Assembly (NCBI GenBank): GCA_963822445.1
Contig: CAWGHO010000001.1
Coordinates: 1,472,001-1,536,000 of the forward strand
Length of the DNA stretch: 64,000 nt
Origin: an uncultured Acidobacteriota bacterium
GTDB lineage: Bacteria; Acidobacteriota; Thermoanaerobaculia; Gp7-AA8
Direction: 5' to 3'
Shown here piece after piece: positions 1 to 9,480 of this stretch. Each line of letters opens with the position of its first letter. Positions within the stretch are counted from its first letter, which is position 1. A program made the position numbers and the translations under genes. A model generated the notes under the pieces. It did no database searches. It was not told where the DNA came from and saw nothing but the letters and a program-made list of their open reading frames with translations.

Positions 1-1778
1 GCAACCGTGAGGCGATCGCGGCGAGCGCGCATGCGGCAGCGGAAGTCGTCCCGCAGCTCAGCGGCGCGTCCTTCGTTCGCGGGCAGGTAGTCGGCGTCGC
101 CGACAACGTTCCGTTTCTGGCCTGGGAGTATCAGGGCGGCCGCTCGCTGCGCTACATCGTCGATCGCGCGCGCGGCGGAAACGGCGTGCAGCCGAATCCC
201 GTCCCGATGGATCAGGCCATCGTCATCGCGGAGAAAGTCGCGCTCTCGCTGGCGACGACCGCGGATCTCCGCGACGGTTCCGGCCAGCGCCTTTCGCATG
301 GCGCCCTGATTCCGCAGTTCGTCTGGATCAGCGATGACGGCGAGATCCGCGTCGCCGGCCAACTTCTGAACGCCGGCATCACCGCTTCCTTCTCCGATCA
401 GAAAGTGGCGGGCGAGATCGCGCGCTACTTCGCGCCCGAATCGCGTACCGCGCAACCGAAGGGCGGCGAGGTCTACTCGCTCGGCGCGCTGCTGTTCCTG
501 CTCGTGACCGGTCAGGAGCCGCCTGATGCCGCGACGGCCAGCGCATTCGGCGCGGCGGTTCGTGCGGCGAAGACCATGAGCGGCGCGCCGATTCCCGACG
601 ATATCCGCATCATTCTCGACAAGTCCTTCAACATCGATCCGTCGATGCGCTACCAGTCCATCGCGGACATGAAGCAGGCCCTGACCGCGCTCGCGAACGG
701 CGGCAAGTACTCGGCGACGACGTTCAATCTCGCCTTCTACCTCAGCAATCTGCTGAAGAAGGAGATGGAGGCGGAGGCGATCGATCGGGAGAAAGAGTCG
801 AAGGTCAACGTCGCTCCGTATCTCGAAGCGCCGAAGGCCGCGCCGGTCGCGCACATGCCGGTGGCCGCGGCCGTTCCCGATTTCGGTGCGGCCGAAGAAA
901 AGCCGAAGAGCAGGATGCCGCTGGCGATCGCCGCGGGTATCGGCGTGGCGGTCCTCGCCGGCGCCGGCTGGATGATGTACAAGAAAGCACCGGCGGCACC
1001 CGCCGCTCCCGCGCAACAGGCCACGGCGCAGATCGTCCCCGCGAAGGCGCCGGTGATCATCTCCGAGCCGATCGTCGCCAGCGGATCCGAAACACCCGCA
1101 CCGGCGGCCACCGATTCCGCTGCGCAGCAGAAGGCATTCGAAGACGCCGTGAAGGCGAAGATGCAGGCCGAGTTGATGAAGCTGCAGGACCAGTTCCTGA
1201 CAGATTTGAAGAAGACGCAGCCGAAGAGCGCTCCGGTGACGCTCGCGCCGCCGGTTTCCGTCGCGGCGAATCCCGAACCGGCGCCCGAGCGCGACGGCCC
1301 GAGCGCGGCGCAACTCGATCTGCAGCGCCGCGAAGCGCTGGCCCAGCGGCAGGAAGCAGCCGCGCAGCCCGCGCCGGTTACGCCTGCTCCGATTCAGACG
1401 CAGACCACCGCGCCGGCTCCGCAGCCGCAGGTCGCCAACACGCAGACGGCCGCTCCCGCCGTCGTCGTTCCGGCCATCCGCGAAGGGGACGTCGTCGGCG
1501 TCGGCGAGTTGAGCTCCGTGCCGAAGCCGCTCCGCCCCATCTCACCGATGTATCCGCCGATGGCCCGGACCCAGCGGATCGCCGCCACGGTCCTCGTCAG
1601 TGCGCTGATCAACGAGAACGGACAGGTCACGGACGTGAAGGTTCTCCGCGGCGAGCCGCGCTTCGGGATCAACGAGGCCGCCATCCGGGCGATGAAAGCC
1701 AGCCGTTTCAGCTCACCGATGAAGGACGGGAAACGGGTCAAGACCTGGTTCCCGCAGCAGATCGACTTCAAGCCGTAA
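1..1778 (+). CDS. Ser/Thr pseudokinase-TM-Pro/Ala linker-TonB C-terminal domain fusion (5' truncated)
   Basis: Frame is open from position 3. Kinase-like segments (WEYQGGRSL, RYFAPE, EVYSLGALLFLLVTG, DPSMRYQS), but HRD region reads HGALIPQF and DFG reads AGQ. One TM helix. C-terminal PMYP..A...V.VSALINENGQVTDVKV TonB_C pattern. Confidence 0.8.
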   Translation, partial: NREAIAASAHAAAEVVPQLSGASFVRGQVVGVADNVPFLAWEYQGGRSLRYIVDRARGGNGVQPNPVPMDQAIVIAEKVALSLATTADLRDGSGQRLSHGALIPQFVWISDDGEIRVAGQLLNAGITASFSDQKVAGEIARYFAPESRTAQPKGGEVYSLGALLFLLVTGQEPPDAATASAFGAAVRAAKTMSGAPIPDDIRIILDKSFNIDPSMRYQSIADMKQALTALANGGKYSATTFNLAFYLSNLLKKEMEAEAIDREKESKVNVAPYLEAPKAAPVAHMPVAAAVPDFGAAEEKPKSRMPLAIAAGIGVAVLAGAGWMMYKKAPAAPAAPAQQATAQIVPAKAPVIISEPIVASGSETPAPAATDSAAQQKAFEDAVKAKMQAELMKLQDQFLTDLKKTQPKSAPVTLAPPVSVAANPEPAPERDGPSAAQLDLQRREALAQRQEAAAQPAPVTPAPIQTQTTAPAPQPQVANTQTAAPAVVVPAIREGDVVGVGELSSVPKPLRPISPMYPPMARTQRIAATVLVSALINENGQVTDVKVLRGEPRFGINEAAIRAMKASRFSSPMKDGKRVKTWFPQQIDFKP

Positions 1779-1781
1779 CGG

Positions 1782-3068
1782 TCATTTGCTGATCGAGACT
1801 TCGAAGTAACGCGGCCGCGCGATTCCGGCCAACCGCCCGCGCGGCCGCGTGAAGTTCGTCTTCCCCGGCCCTTCCTTCAACCGAACCACCTCGGATCCGA
1901 CGTAGCCGGACAGATACACAGCCGCGTGCGCGCCGAGGGACGGATCGACTTCGATGCGCGACACCTGCGGATCGGCGATGGCTTTGACGAACGTGATCGC
2001 CGCGACCGGCGGCGAATCGGTGGTGCGCACCTCCTGCAGCGCCGGCAGAGTCCAGAGCACCATCGTCGCCACGAGAGTCGCCAGCAGCGGCAGCCGTCCG
2101 CGGAAATCCAGCCCTTCCGCGGCGAGGACTGCAAAGAGCGGCATGTACGCGACGGAGAAACGGCTCGCGCTGTGGAAGTCGAGGAACAGCCAGGCGAAGA
2201 ACAGGAACGGCCCGAAGATCGCCAGCGCATGCCGCGCGGGCGGACGGCGGCGAACCAGGCCGATGGCCGCGGCGAGAACGAGCATCACGTTGATGAGCGG
2301 AGCCCGGAACGGACGAAGGAAAAAGTCGTCCGCGACCTGGATCAGGGACGGGCGGATGTCGCTGAGAAATGAGTCCGTGGCGCGGATGTACTGGCCATGC
2401 TCGGCGATGGCGGTTCGATACGCGGCGAAGTCGCCCGTCGCGATTGCGGCACCGGCGTAGCTCGCAATCACGATCATCGCCACGATCACCGCGCCGATGA
2501 TGGCCACACGACGGCGACACAAAAAGGCGATGACGAACGGTGCGAGACCGATGATCAGGTTCTGCGGCCGAATGCCCGCGGCGATCCCGATGACGATGCA
2601 GCCGGCGATCAGCGCGGCATTGCTGCGACAGCCGCGCAGCAACAATCCACTGGCGACGAGCGACAGGACCATCGACGGCACGTCGCTGAACGCGGTCCCG
2701 CCGTAAAACCAGACGTTCGGCAGAAACGCCAGGATCAGGCCCGAACCAAAGCAAACGAAGGTGCTCCCGCGAAGCTCGCGCGCGAGGAAGAACGCGGCGG
2801 GAAAGACGAACAGCGACGAGATCACGACCAGCGTCTGCAGCGCCCGGAACGGCTCCAGCGGCAGGAGCTTCGCCGCGGCGATGAACAGAGGAAAGCCGGG
2901 CGGATGCGGATGAAAGGCGGCGACGTCGTAGTCGCGAAGCGCGAGCACGAAGAGGGCCTCATCCCAGTCCCAAAGCGACTTCGACACGGCGAGCAGCCGC
3001 GTCACCGCGACAAAAATGGCCGCGATCGCGAACGCCATCCATTCGCGCGGCGTCAGCGGCGGAATCAC
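1782..3068 (-). CDS. GT-C membrane glycosyltransferase (DUF2723/TMEM260-like), paralog 4, lacks the C-terminal beta domain
   Basis: WDWDE...HPHPPGFP motif and many TM helices. GTG at 3068 overlaps the upstream stop (GTGA); ATG 3083 is the alternative start. Confidence 0.75.
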   Translation of the reverse strand: MIPPLTPREWMAFAIAAIFVAVTRLLAVSKSLWDWDEALFVLALRDYDVAAFHPHPPGFPLFIAAAKLLPLEPFRALQTLVVISSLFVFPAAFFLARELRGSTFVCFGSGLILAFLPNVWFYGGTAFSDVPSMVLSLVASGLLLRGCRSNAALIAGCIVIGIAAGIRPQNLIIGLAPFVIAFLCRRRVAIIGAVIVAMIVIASYAGAAIATGDFAAYRTAIAEHGQYIRATDSFLSDIRPSLIQVADDFFLRPFRAPLINVMLVLAAAIGLVRRRPPARHALAIFGPFLFFAWLFLDFHSASRFSVAYMPLFAVLAAEGLDFRGRLPLLATLVATMVLWTLPALQEVRTTDSPPVAAITFVKAIADPQVSRIEVDPSLGAHAAVYLSGYVGSEVVRLKEGPGKTNFTRPRGRLAGIARPRYFEVSISK

Positions 3069-4819
3069 TTCGCGGAAGTCCATGACAACGCCTCCACGCG
3101 CAGGCCGAGGTCGCGCGTGTCGCTGGAGTGGCCCATCTTTGCGGGATTGACGACCGCGCTGGTGGTGATCCGCAGATCATTCGGCCGCCCGGCTCGCGAC
3201 GCGACGATCCACGACTTCTCGAATCCGGTATCGGTGGCGGTGAAGCGCTCGATCACGTTCCCGTTCAACGCCACTTCGATGACCGGCGGCGACGGCAGCG
3301 TGTCGACCGGAACGTACAGGCGCACGTAAAGCCTCGCCTTGCCTTCAAGCGGCGGAAGCGTCGCCGTCGCCGTCCTGGGTATCCAGCGCGTCGCCGACAA
3401 CCCGCTCCGCTCTTCGCTGTACCACTCCGGCCCCAGTTTGATCGCCGAAGGAACGCGCGCGAGCGATGCCTCGAAATTGCGGCGGCGGATGATCTTCCAC
3501 AGCGGATTGGTGCGGGGCCAGACGAAGTTCCGGCCGCCCTTCACCGGCTTCAGATCGACCACCCAGGCCTCGCCGCCGAGCGGGGAGATCTGTTCCGGTC
3601 GCTCCCAGATGCTCAGATTTCCACCGTGAAACACGTAGTCGGCCTGCGGCGCGATTCCGAAATGGACGAACAGAGTTTCCTGCGACACATGCTCCTTCGC
3701 CCATCGCAACGCGGCAACGGGCGGCGAGTCGCTGCGCTGCAGAGTCAACGCGGGCCAGGTCCACACCGCGAAGACGATGATGACCATCGTCACGAGGACG
3801 GCCTGCACGCGCACGCGATGCCGGGCCAGGATTTCCAGACCATCAGCGGCGAGCAGCGCGTACACGCTCAGATACGGAATGCTGTACCGGCCGCCGGCCT
3901 CCACGTCGAGCGTGAGCAACGCCAGCAACGCGAAAGGCACGAAGATCGCGGTCATGAAAAGCGGCGGCCCGCGCCGTTTCACGATCGAAGTGATGAACGA
4001 GATCAGGCCCAGCGCGATGAACGAATACATCTGCACCTGCTGCCGCATCGGCCGCAGAAAGAAATCCTCGGCAACCTCATGAAGGGGCTCGCGCTCCGGA
4101 TTGCGCCAGGAGTCGGTATCGCGCACGTAATCGCTCTGCGCGCGGACTGCTTTCCTGTAGCCGCTCAGCGAGCCGGTCGCGTAGGCCGCGCCGATGTAAC
4201 TCGCCGAGACGATCGCTGCGCCGAGGATTGCACCGGCGATCACCGCGCGAAAATCCCGCGCCCGCAGACGCGCGTAGGTCGCGAGGATCGCTGGAATCAC
4301 GCCAATGACGAGACTCGTGGGACGAAAGCCTGCGGCGATGCCGAGCAGGATTGCGCCGAATAGGTAGGCCCTCGACTCCCGTCGTCCTCGCAGCAGCAGC
4401 CAGCAGGCGAACAGCACGAGGGTCATCGACGGAATGTCGCTGAAGGCCGTGCCGCCATGAATCCAGACGTTCGGGAGGAAACAGAACAGCGCCGCACCAC
4501 TCGCTGCGGTTCCGAAACCGAAGCCGACTTCGCGCGCAAAGAGGAACAGCGCCGGGAAGAGCAGCATCGACCCCAGCACCACGATGGTCTGCAGCGAGCG
4601 GAACTCCTCCACGCCGATCGCGTGGACGAGCTTCGCGGCGGCGATGAACAACGGATAGCCGGGCGGGTGGGGATGGTGATTGACGACGTCGTACTCGCGC
4701 ACGGCGAGCGCGAAGAGCGCCTCGTCCCAGTCGAACAGCGATCGCGAAAGGGACAGCAGCCGGGTGATGGCAACGATCACTGCCAGCGCGACGAAGACTT
4801 TCTTTTGCAGCGAAGTCAT
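3065..4819 (-). CDS. GT-C membrane glycosyltransferase (DUF2723/TMEM260-like), paralog 3
   Basis: FDWDE...HPHPPGYP motif, many TM helices, C-terminal domain ending DTRDLGL. ATGA overlap at 4819-4816. Confidence 0.78.
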   Translation of the reverse strand: MTSLQKKVFVALAVIVAITRLLSLSRSLFDWDEALFALAVREYDVVNHHPHPPGYPLFIAAAKLVHAIGVEEFRSLQTIVVLGSMLLFPALFLFAREVGFGFGTAASGAALFCFLPNVWIHGGTAFSDIPSMTLVLFACWLLLRGRRESRAYLFGAILLGIAAGFRPTSLVIGVIPAILATYARLRARDFRAVIAGAILGAAIVSASYIGAAYATGSLSGYRKAVRAQSDYVRDTDSWRNPEREPLHEVAEDFFLRPMRQQVQMYSFIALGLISFITSIVKRRGPPLFMTAIFVPFALLALLTLDVEAGGRYSIPYLSVYALLAADGLEILARHRVRVQAVLVTMVIIVFAVWTWPALTLQRSDSPPVAALRWAKEHVSQETLFVHFGIAPQADYVFHGGNLSIWERPEQISPLGGEAWVVDLKPVKGGRNFVWPRTNPLWKIIRRRNFEASLARVPSAIKLGPEWYSEERSGLSATRWIPRTATATLPPLEGKARLYVRLYVPVDTLPSPPVIEVALNGNVIERFTATDTGFEKSWIVASRAGRPNDLRITTSAVVNPAKMGHSSDTRDLGLRVEALSWTSAK

Positions 4820-6579
4820 CGCACCGGCTGCCATCGGTAGTCGAAGAGCTGCAGGCCGAGGTCTCGCGGGTCATGCCCGATCCCTCGCTTCAATGGATTG
4901 ATGGTCGCGCTCGTGGAGATCTCCAGACGGCTCACCGCATCGGGCAGGCCTTCGACTTGCCACTCCTTCGTGATCGCGGCTGGCGGCATGCGGAAGCGCT
5001 CGAGCAGCCTGCCGTTCAAGCGCACTTCGACGTCCGGCTCGAGAGGGGTCGGCTTCCCCAGTCTGAGCATCAACCGCCCCTTCCCCGGCGGCGCCGGAAT
5101 GAACACGACGCCGCGCGCGGCCATCCAGCGCCAGTTCAGATCGAGATGGCCTTCCGGGTCTCCCCAGCCTTCCGCGAACCGCCAGATGACCGAGACCGGT
5201 GCAACGGACGCCTCGAAGTGTCTCTGCGGATGGATCTCCGCGACCCGCGCCCGCGGCCGCCGGAACACGATCGCTCCCCGCTCCCGCATGACCCCTTCGG
5301 TCAAAAAGTACTCGCCGGCCAGACCGGTGATCTCGGCGGGCGAGCCGACTCTCACGGCATCGCGGTCGGCGAGGTAGTACGCCGACCATGGCGGCATCGA
5401 GTCATCGATCCAGACGCGCTTTCCCTTCGGCACGAGCTTTTGTACGTACGTCGAGGCAGCGTGCGTTGGAGCGATGGTCGAGCGGACCTCGATGAGCGCG
5501 GGCAACGTCCACCAGGCATACCGTCCGACGAACAAGGCGACGGCCAGTATGTGCGCGACCGCCGCGAATCGCTTGAGCGGCGCGGTCGCGCGCTCCAGGG
5601 CAAATGCGGCGAGCAGCGCGTAGACGGCGACGTACGCGACCGAGTAACGGCGAATGCCGACGATGTCGTGCATCATCCAGGCGAAGAGCATGTACGGCGC
5701 AAAGGTGACCAGCGCGATCCAGATCCCCCACTGCCGGCGCACGATCGCGGCGATCAGCGCCACCACGCACAGGGCCGCGAGGAGCATCGAAAGCCGGCCG
5801 GCTCCCATCGGACGGACGAAGAAGTCGTCGGCGAGCGTGCGCAACGGCGGCCGGCTCGGGTTGGCGATGGTGTCGATGTCGTGAACCCACTTCTGAAAGT
5901 GTCGGACCGCGTCGACGTAACTCCGCGGCGATCCGGTCGCGTACGCGGCGCCGGTGTAAGCGGCCGTGGCGATGACGGCGGTGATGACGGCGCCGAGAAC
6001 GATGCGCGTGAAGGCACGGCGCTGGTACCAGGTCGCGATCAGCAGCGGCGGGAGAAGAATGAACCCGCCGTGCGGCCGCACCGCCAGCGCGCAACCGACG
6101 AACGCGCAGCCGATCAGAAACGCGCGGCCGTCGCGTCGTCCGCGCAACAGATACAGAATCGCGGCGAGGTTGAGCGCGGTGCCGGTGATGTCGCTGAAGA
6201 TCGTTCCGCCGAAATACCAGACGTTCGGCAGGAACACGAACAGCAGCGCGGCGAGATACGCGGTGCGCACTTCGAGGCGGAGCTCACGCGCGATGAAAAA
6301 GAGCAGCGGGAAGAGCGAGCAGGCCGCCAGGAACGTCACCACCTGCAGCGAGCGGAAGTCGGAGAGCCCGAAGAGCTGCACGAGGTTCGCGAGAAAGATG
6401 TAGATCGGAAAGCCGGCGGGATGCGGCTGGTGACGCGTGACGTCGAAGTCGCGCACGCCGGCCATGAACTGCACTTCATCCCAGTCCCACGGCGAGCTGG
6501 CCATCGCGAACAGACGCGTCGCGGCGACGACGATGGCCGTGACCCACAGGAGCTTCCGTTGAGGCGCGGTCAGCATCAT
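4816..6579 (-). CDS. GT-C membrane glycosyltransferase (DUF2723/TMEM260-like), paralog 2
   Basis: WDWDE...QPHPAGFP motif, C-terminal DPRDLGL. ATGA overlap at 6579-6576. Confidence 0.78.
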   Translation of the reverse strand: MMLTAPQRKLLWVTAIVVAATRLFAMASSPWDWDEVQFMAGVRDFDVTRHQPHPAGFPIYIFLANLVQLFGLSDFRSLQVVTFLAACSLFPLLFFIARELRLEVRTAYLAALLFVFLPNVWYFGGTIFSDITGTALNLAAILYLLRGRRDGRAFLIGCAFVGCALAVRPHGGFILLPPLLIATWYQRRAFTRIVLGAVITAVIATAAYTGAAYATGSPRSYVDAVRHFQKWVHDIDTIANPSRPPLRTLADDFFVRPMGAGRLSMLLAALCVVALIAAIVRRQWGIWIALVTFAPYMLFAWMMHDIVGIRRYSVAYVAVYALLAAFALERATAPLKRFAAVAHILAVALFVGRYAWWTLPALIEVRSTIAPTHAASTYVQKLVPKGKRVWIDDSMPPWSAYYLADRDAVRVGSPAEITGLAGEYFLTEGVMRERGAIVFRRPRARVAEIHPQRHFEASVAPVSVIWRFAEGWGDPEGHLDLNWRWMAARGVVFIPAPPGKGRLMLRLGKPTPLEPDVEVRLNGRLLERFRMPPAAITKEWQVEGLPDAVSRLEISTSATINPLKRGIGHDPRDLGLQLFDYRWQPVR

Positions 6580-8369
6580 CGCAGCGGCTGCCAACCGTAG
6601 CCCGAGAGCCGCAGACTGAGATCGCGGGTGTCGTCGGAAAGGCCGAGCGCTTTCGGATTCATCGTCGCGCTGCTGCGAAGCACGAGGCGGTTCGGGGCGT
6701 CGGCGCGCGAGTCCACGACCCATTCCTTCGTCGTCTCTCGCGGCGCCAGCCGGAAGCGGTCGATCACGACGCCGTTCAGCTCGACCTCGACGTCAGGCGC
6801 GACGCGATCCTGCGCCGCCAGGGTCAGGCGAAGTCGCGCCTTTCCGGCACCGGGCGGAATGAGGATCTCGCCGCGCGCGGTCATCCAGCGCCACGATTCT
6901 TTTTCGAAGTGCTCCTCGTCGTGCCATCCCGAAACGAACTGCCAGATGTTCGAGATCGGCACGACCGTGACGGCGAAATAGCGGCGGCGGGCCACATCCC
7001 AGATCCTTCCGCGCGGCCGGAAGAAGGTTTGATTGCCCTGTCCGAACAGGCCCCCTTCGAACGCGTAGAACTCGTGCGCGCGGCCTTCGCGGCGGACTTC
7101 GTTTTCATCGACGGTGAGTCGCACATCGCGGTCGCTCAGAAAGTACTCGGCGAACGGCTCGAGCGAGCCGTGAATCCAGACGCGTTCCCCTTTCTTCACG
7201 TGTTCGCGCAGGAACGTCATGGCCGCCTGGGTAGGCGCGGGCTCGTTGCGGACTTCGGTGAGCATCACGCCGGTCCACTGCGCGTACCGGCCGGCCATCA
7301 GAAGAATGACAGCGACCTGTGCCGCCGCCGGCCATCGTCCGATCGGCGCGAGCGCATGCGCGGCGAGGAGCGTCCAGAGAAAAAGGTACGCCGTCGAGTA
7401 ACGCTGGATGGAGTTGTAGTCGAGCGACAGATATGCGAAGACGACGAATGGGAGGAAGGTCAGCATCGCCAGACCGACCCGTGGTCCCTCGGCCCGCAGA
7501 CCGCGCAACGCGCCAAGCAGCGCCAGCGCCGAGACGACGATGCCCAGCCGGCCCGCGCCCATCGGCCGGACGAAGTACTCGTCGAAGAGCGTGCCCAGCG
7601 CCGGCCGGTCCGGATTGGTGATGGCGTCGTGCTCGCGGACCCAGTCCTTCACTCCGCGCAGGGCGCCGAGGTAAGCCTCGATCGATCCCGAGGCCAGGGC
7701 CGTGCCGACGTAGCAGACTACGACGATTGCGGCGACGATCGCGCAGGCGGCGACGACCCGACGCCACGAGCTCTTGAACTGAAACCAGGCCGCGACCGCG
7801 AACGGAGCCGCGCCCAGCATCACCGCCTGCGGTCGCATCCCCGCGGCGAGACCGAGCAGCACTGCGCCGATGAGGTAGTCGCGCGAGTTGCGGCAGCCGC
7901 GTAACAGCATCGCCGCGGCGGCTAGCGTGAAAGCGACGCCGGGGACGTCGCTGAAGCCGGTCCCGCCGTAGAACCAGACGTTCGGCAGGAAGACGAACAG
8001 CACCGCACCGGCGAGCGCGGTCGCGAACGGAAAGCGCAGCTCCCGGGCCAGGAGAAATCCGAGGGGGAACAGCATGCAGGCGCTGAGGAGGTTGATCGTT
8101 TGCAGCGCCGCGAAGTCCGTGGCCGCGACGAGGCGGATCACTTTCGCCAGGGCCATGTAGACCGGAAAACCGGGCGGATGGGGGTGGTGGTAGGGATGGC
8201 CGACGTTGAACTCGCGGACACCTGCCGAGAACTGCACTTCGTCCCAATCCCACATCGACTCCGAGAGGGCGAAGACGCGCGAGGCGGCAATCACGATCGC
8301 CGTGAGCCAGAAGAGCTTGCGCTGGAGCGGTGTCAGCGGGACAGGGTCGGAAAGAAGGGGCTGCGGCAA
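6576..8369 (-). CDS. GT-C membrane glycosyltransferase (DUF2723/TMEM260-like), paralog 1
   Basis: WDWDE...HPHPPGFP motif, C-terminal DTRDLSL. Start is uncertain; TTG 8369 chosen by alignment with the paralog N-termini. Confidence 0.75.
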   Translation of the reverse strand: MPQPLLSDPVPLTPLQRKLFWLTAIVIAASRVFALSESMWDWDEVQFSAGVREFNVGHPYHHPHPPGFPVYMALAKVIRLVAATDFAALQTINLLSACMLFPLGFLLARELRFPFATALAGAVLFVFLPNVWFYGGTGFSDVPGVAFTLAAAAMLLRGCRNSRDYLIGAVLLGLAAGMRPQAVMLGAAPFAVAAWFQFKSSWRRVVAACAIVAAIVVVCYVGTALASGSIEAYLGALRGVKDWVREHDAITNPDRPALGTLFDEYFVRPMGAGRLGIVVSALALLGALRGLRAEGPRVGLAMLTFLPFVVFAYLSLDYNSIQRYSTAYLFLWTLLAAHALAPIGRWPAAAQVAVILLMAGRYAQWTGVMLTEVRNEPAPTQAAMTFLREHVKKGERVWIHGSLEPFAEYFLSDRDVRLTVDENEVRREGRAHEFYAFEGGLFGQGNQTFFRPRGRIWDVARRRYFAVTVVPISNIWQFVSGWHDEEHFEKESWRWMTARGEILIPPGAGKARLRLTLAAQDRVAPDVEVELNGVVIDRFRLAPRETTKEWVVDSRADAPNRLVLRSSATMNPKALGLSDDTRDLSLRLSGYGWQPLR

Positions 8370-8403
8370 AGGGGCACCATTCTCGCAGTTTTGCGCCGCG
8401 ACC

Positions 8404-9480
8404 ATGCCCGGAACGATGGCGGACCAATCCATTCGCAAGGCGGGCGTCCGCCGCCGCTGGTACCTCGATCTCCACGGCATCCGGCGCGAAGGGTCGAAGG
8501 AAACCGGCTTCTCCTTCCGCCTGCCCACGGGCAAGGTCATCGAGGACGAGAAGATCCTGGCCCGCATCCAGAAGCTGCGCATCCCACCCGCCTGGAAGGA
8601 AGTACGCATCGCGCGGGGCGACTCCGCGCCGCTTCAGGCGGTCGGCGTCGACAAGAAAGGGCGCACGCAGTACCTCTACCATCCCCGCTTCCGCGCGCAG
8701 CGCGAGGAGGCGAAGTTCAGGCGGGTCGTCGAGTTCGGCGAGGCGCTGCCCGTCCTCCGCCGCCGCGTCCGCGCCGATCTTTCCGGCGCCGCGCTCGAAC
8801 GGCAACGCGTCCTCGCGGCCATGGTCCGCCTCATCGATCAGGGCTTCTTCCGCATCGGCAATGACAAGAGCGCCGAGGCGGAGTCGACGTTCGGGTTGTC
8901 CACGATTCGCGGATCACACGTGAAAGTGGAGGGAAACGCGGTCCTATTCGATTACGTCGGCAAGTGGAAGAAGAAGCAGAAGCGCGCCATCAGCGACGAA
9001 GACGTGGCGAAAGTCGTATCCGAGCTGAAGAAGCTCAAAGGCGCGGAGCTGTTCCAGTTCGTGCAGAACAACAAGACCATCGACGTGAAAGACCGGCACG
9101 TCAACGACTACATCCAGGCCGTGATCGGCCGGGACTTCACGGCCAAGGACTTCCGCACCTGGGCGGGCACGCTGCTCTGCTCGATCGCCCTGGCCATGCA
9201 GGGTCAGGCCGAGACCAAGACCGAGCGCAAGCGCCGCGTGCGCAAAGCCATCGTCGCGACCGCGGAGCAGCTCGGCAACACCCCCGCGGTCTGCCGCTCT
9301 TCGTACATCTGCCCCCGCCTTCTCGACGAGTACATGGAAGGCGCGCCCTTCGAGCAGCTGCGCAAAACGCGCAAAGGCAGCCCGGTGGTGCGCATCGGAC
9401 TGTCGATGGAGGAGAAGGCGCTGCTCAAGTTTCTGAGAGAGACGATTGCGGACCGGCGGATCAAACCGCGTGCGGCCTAG
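8404..9480 (+). CDS. DNA topoisomerase IB (poxvirus-like bacterial type)
   Basis: GVDKKGRTQYLYH, FFRIGN, FDYVGK, AKDFRTW and LGNTPAVCRSSY (catalytic Tyr) motifs. Start is 8404 or 8416. Confidence 0.9.
   Translation: MPGTMADQSIRKAGVRRRWYLDLHGIRREGSKETGFSFRLPTGKVIEDEKILARIQKLRIPPAWKEVRIARGDSAPLQAVGVDKKGRTQYLYHPRFRAQREEAKFRRVVEFGEALPVLRRRVRADLSGAALERQRVLAAMVRLIDQGFFRIGNDKSAEAESTFGLSTIRGSHVKVEGNAVLFDYVGKWKKKQKRAISDEDVAKVVSELKKLKGAELFQFVQNNKTIDVKDRHVNDYIQAVIGRDFTAKDFRTWAGTLLCSIALAMQGQAETKTERKRRVRKAIVATAEQLGNTPAVCRSSYICPRLLDEYMEGAPFEQLRKTRKGSPVVRIGLSMEEKALLKFLRETIADRRIKPRAA

Noticed and set aside
4873-6600. Long antisense or alternate-frame ORFs (e.g. 4873-6600 +, 7105-8805 -, 56236-58026 -, 5' part of 27618-29798)
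   Set aside because: They are shadow ORFs of high-GC coding sequence, Arg/Pro/Ala-rich, without motifs, and overlap well-supported genes.
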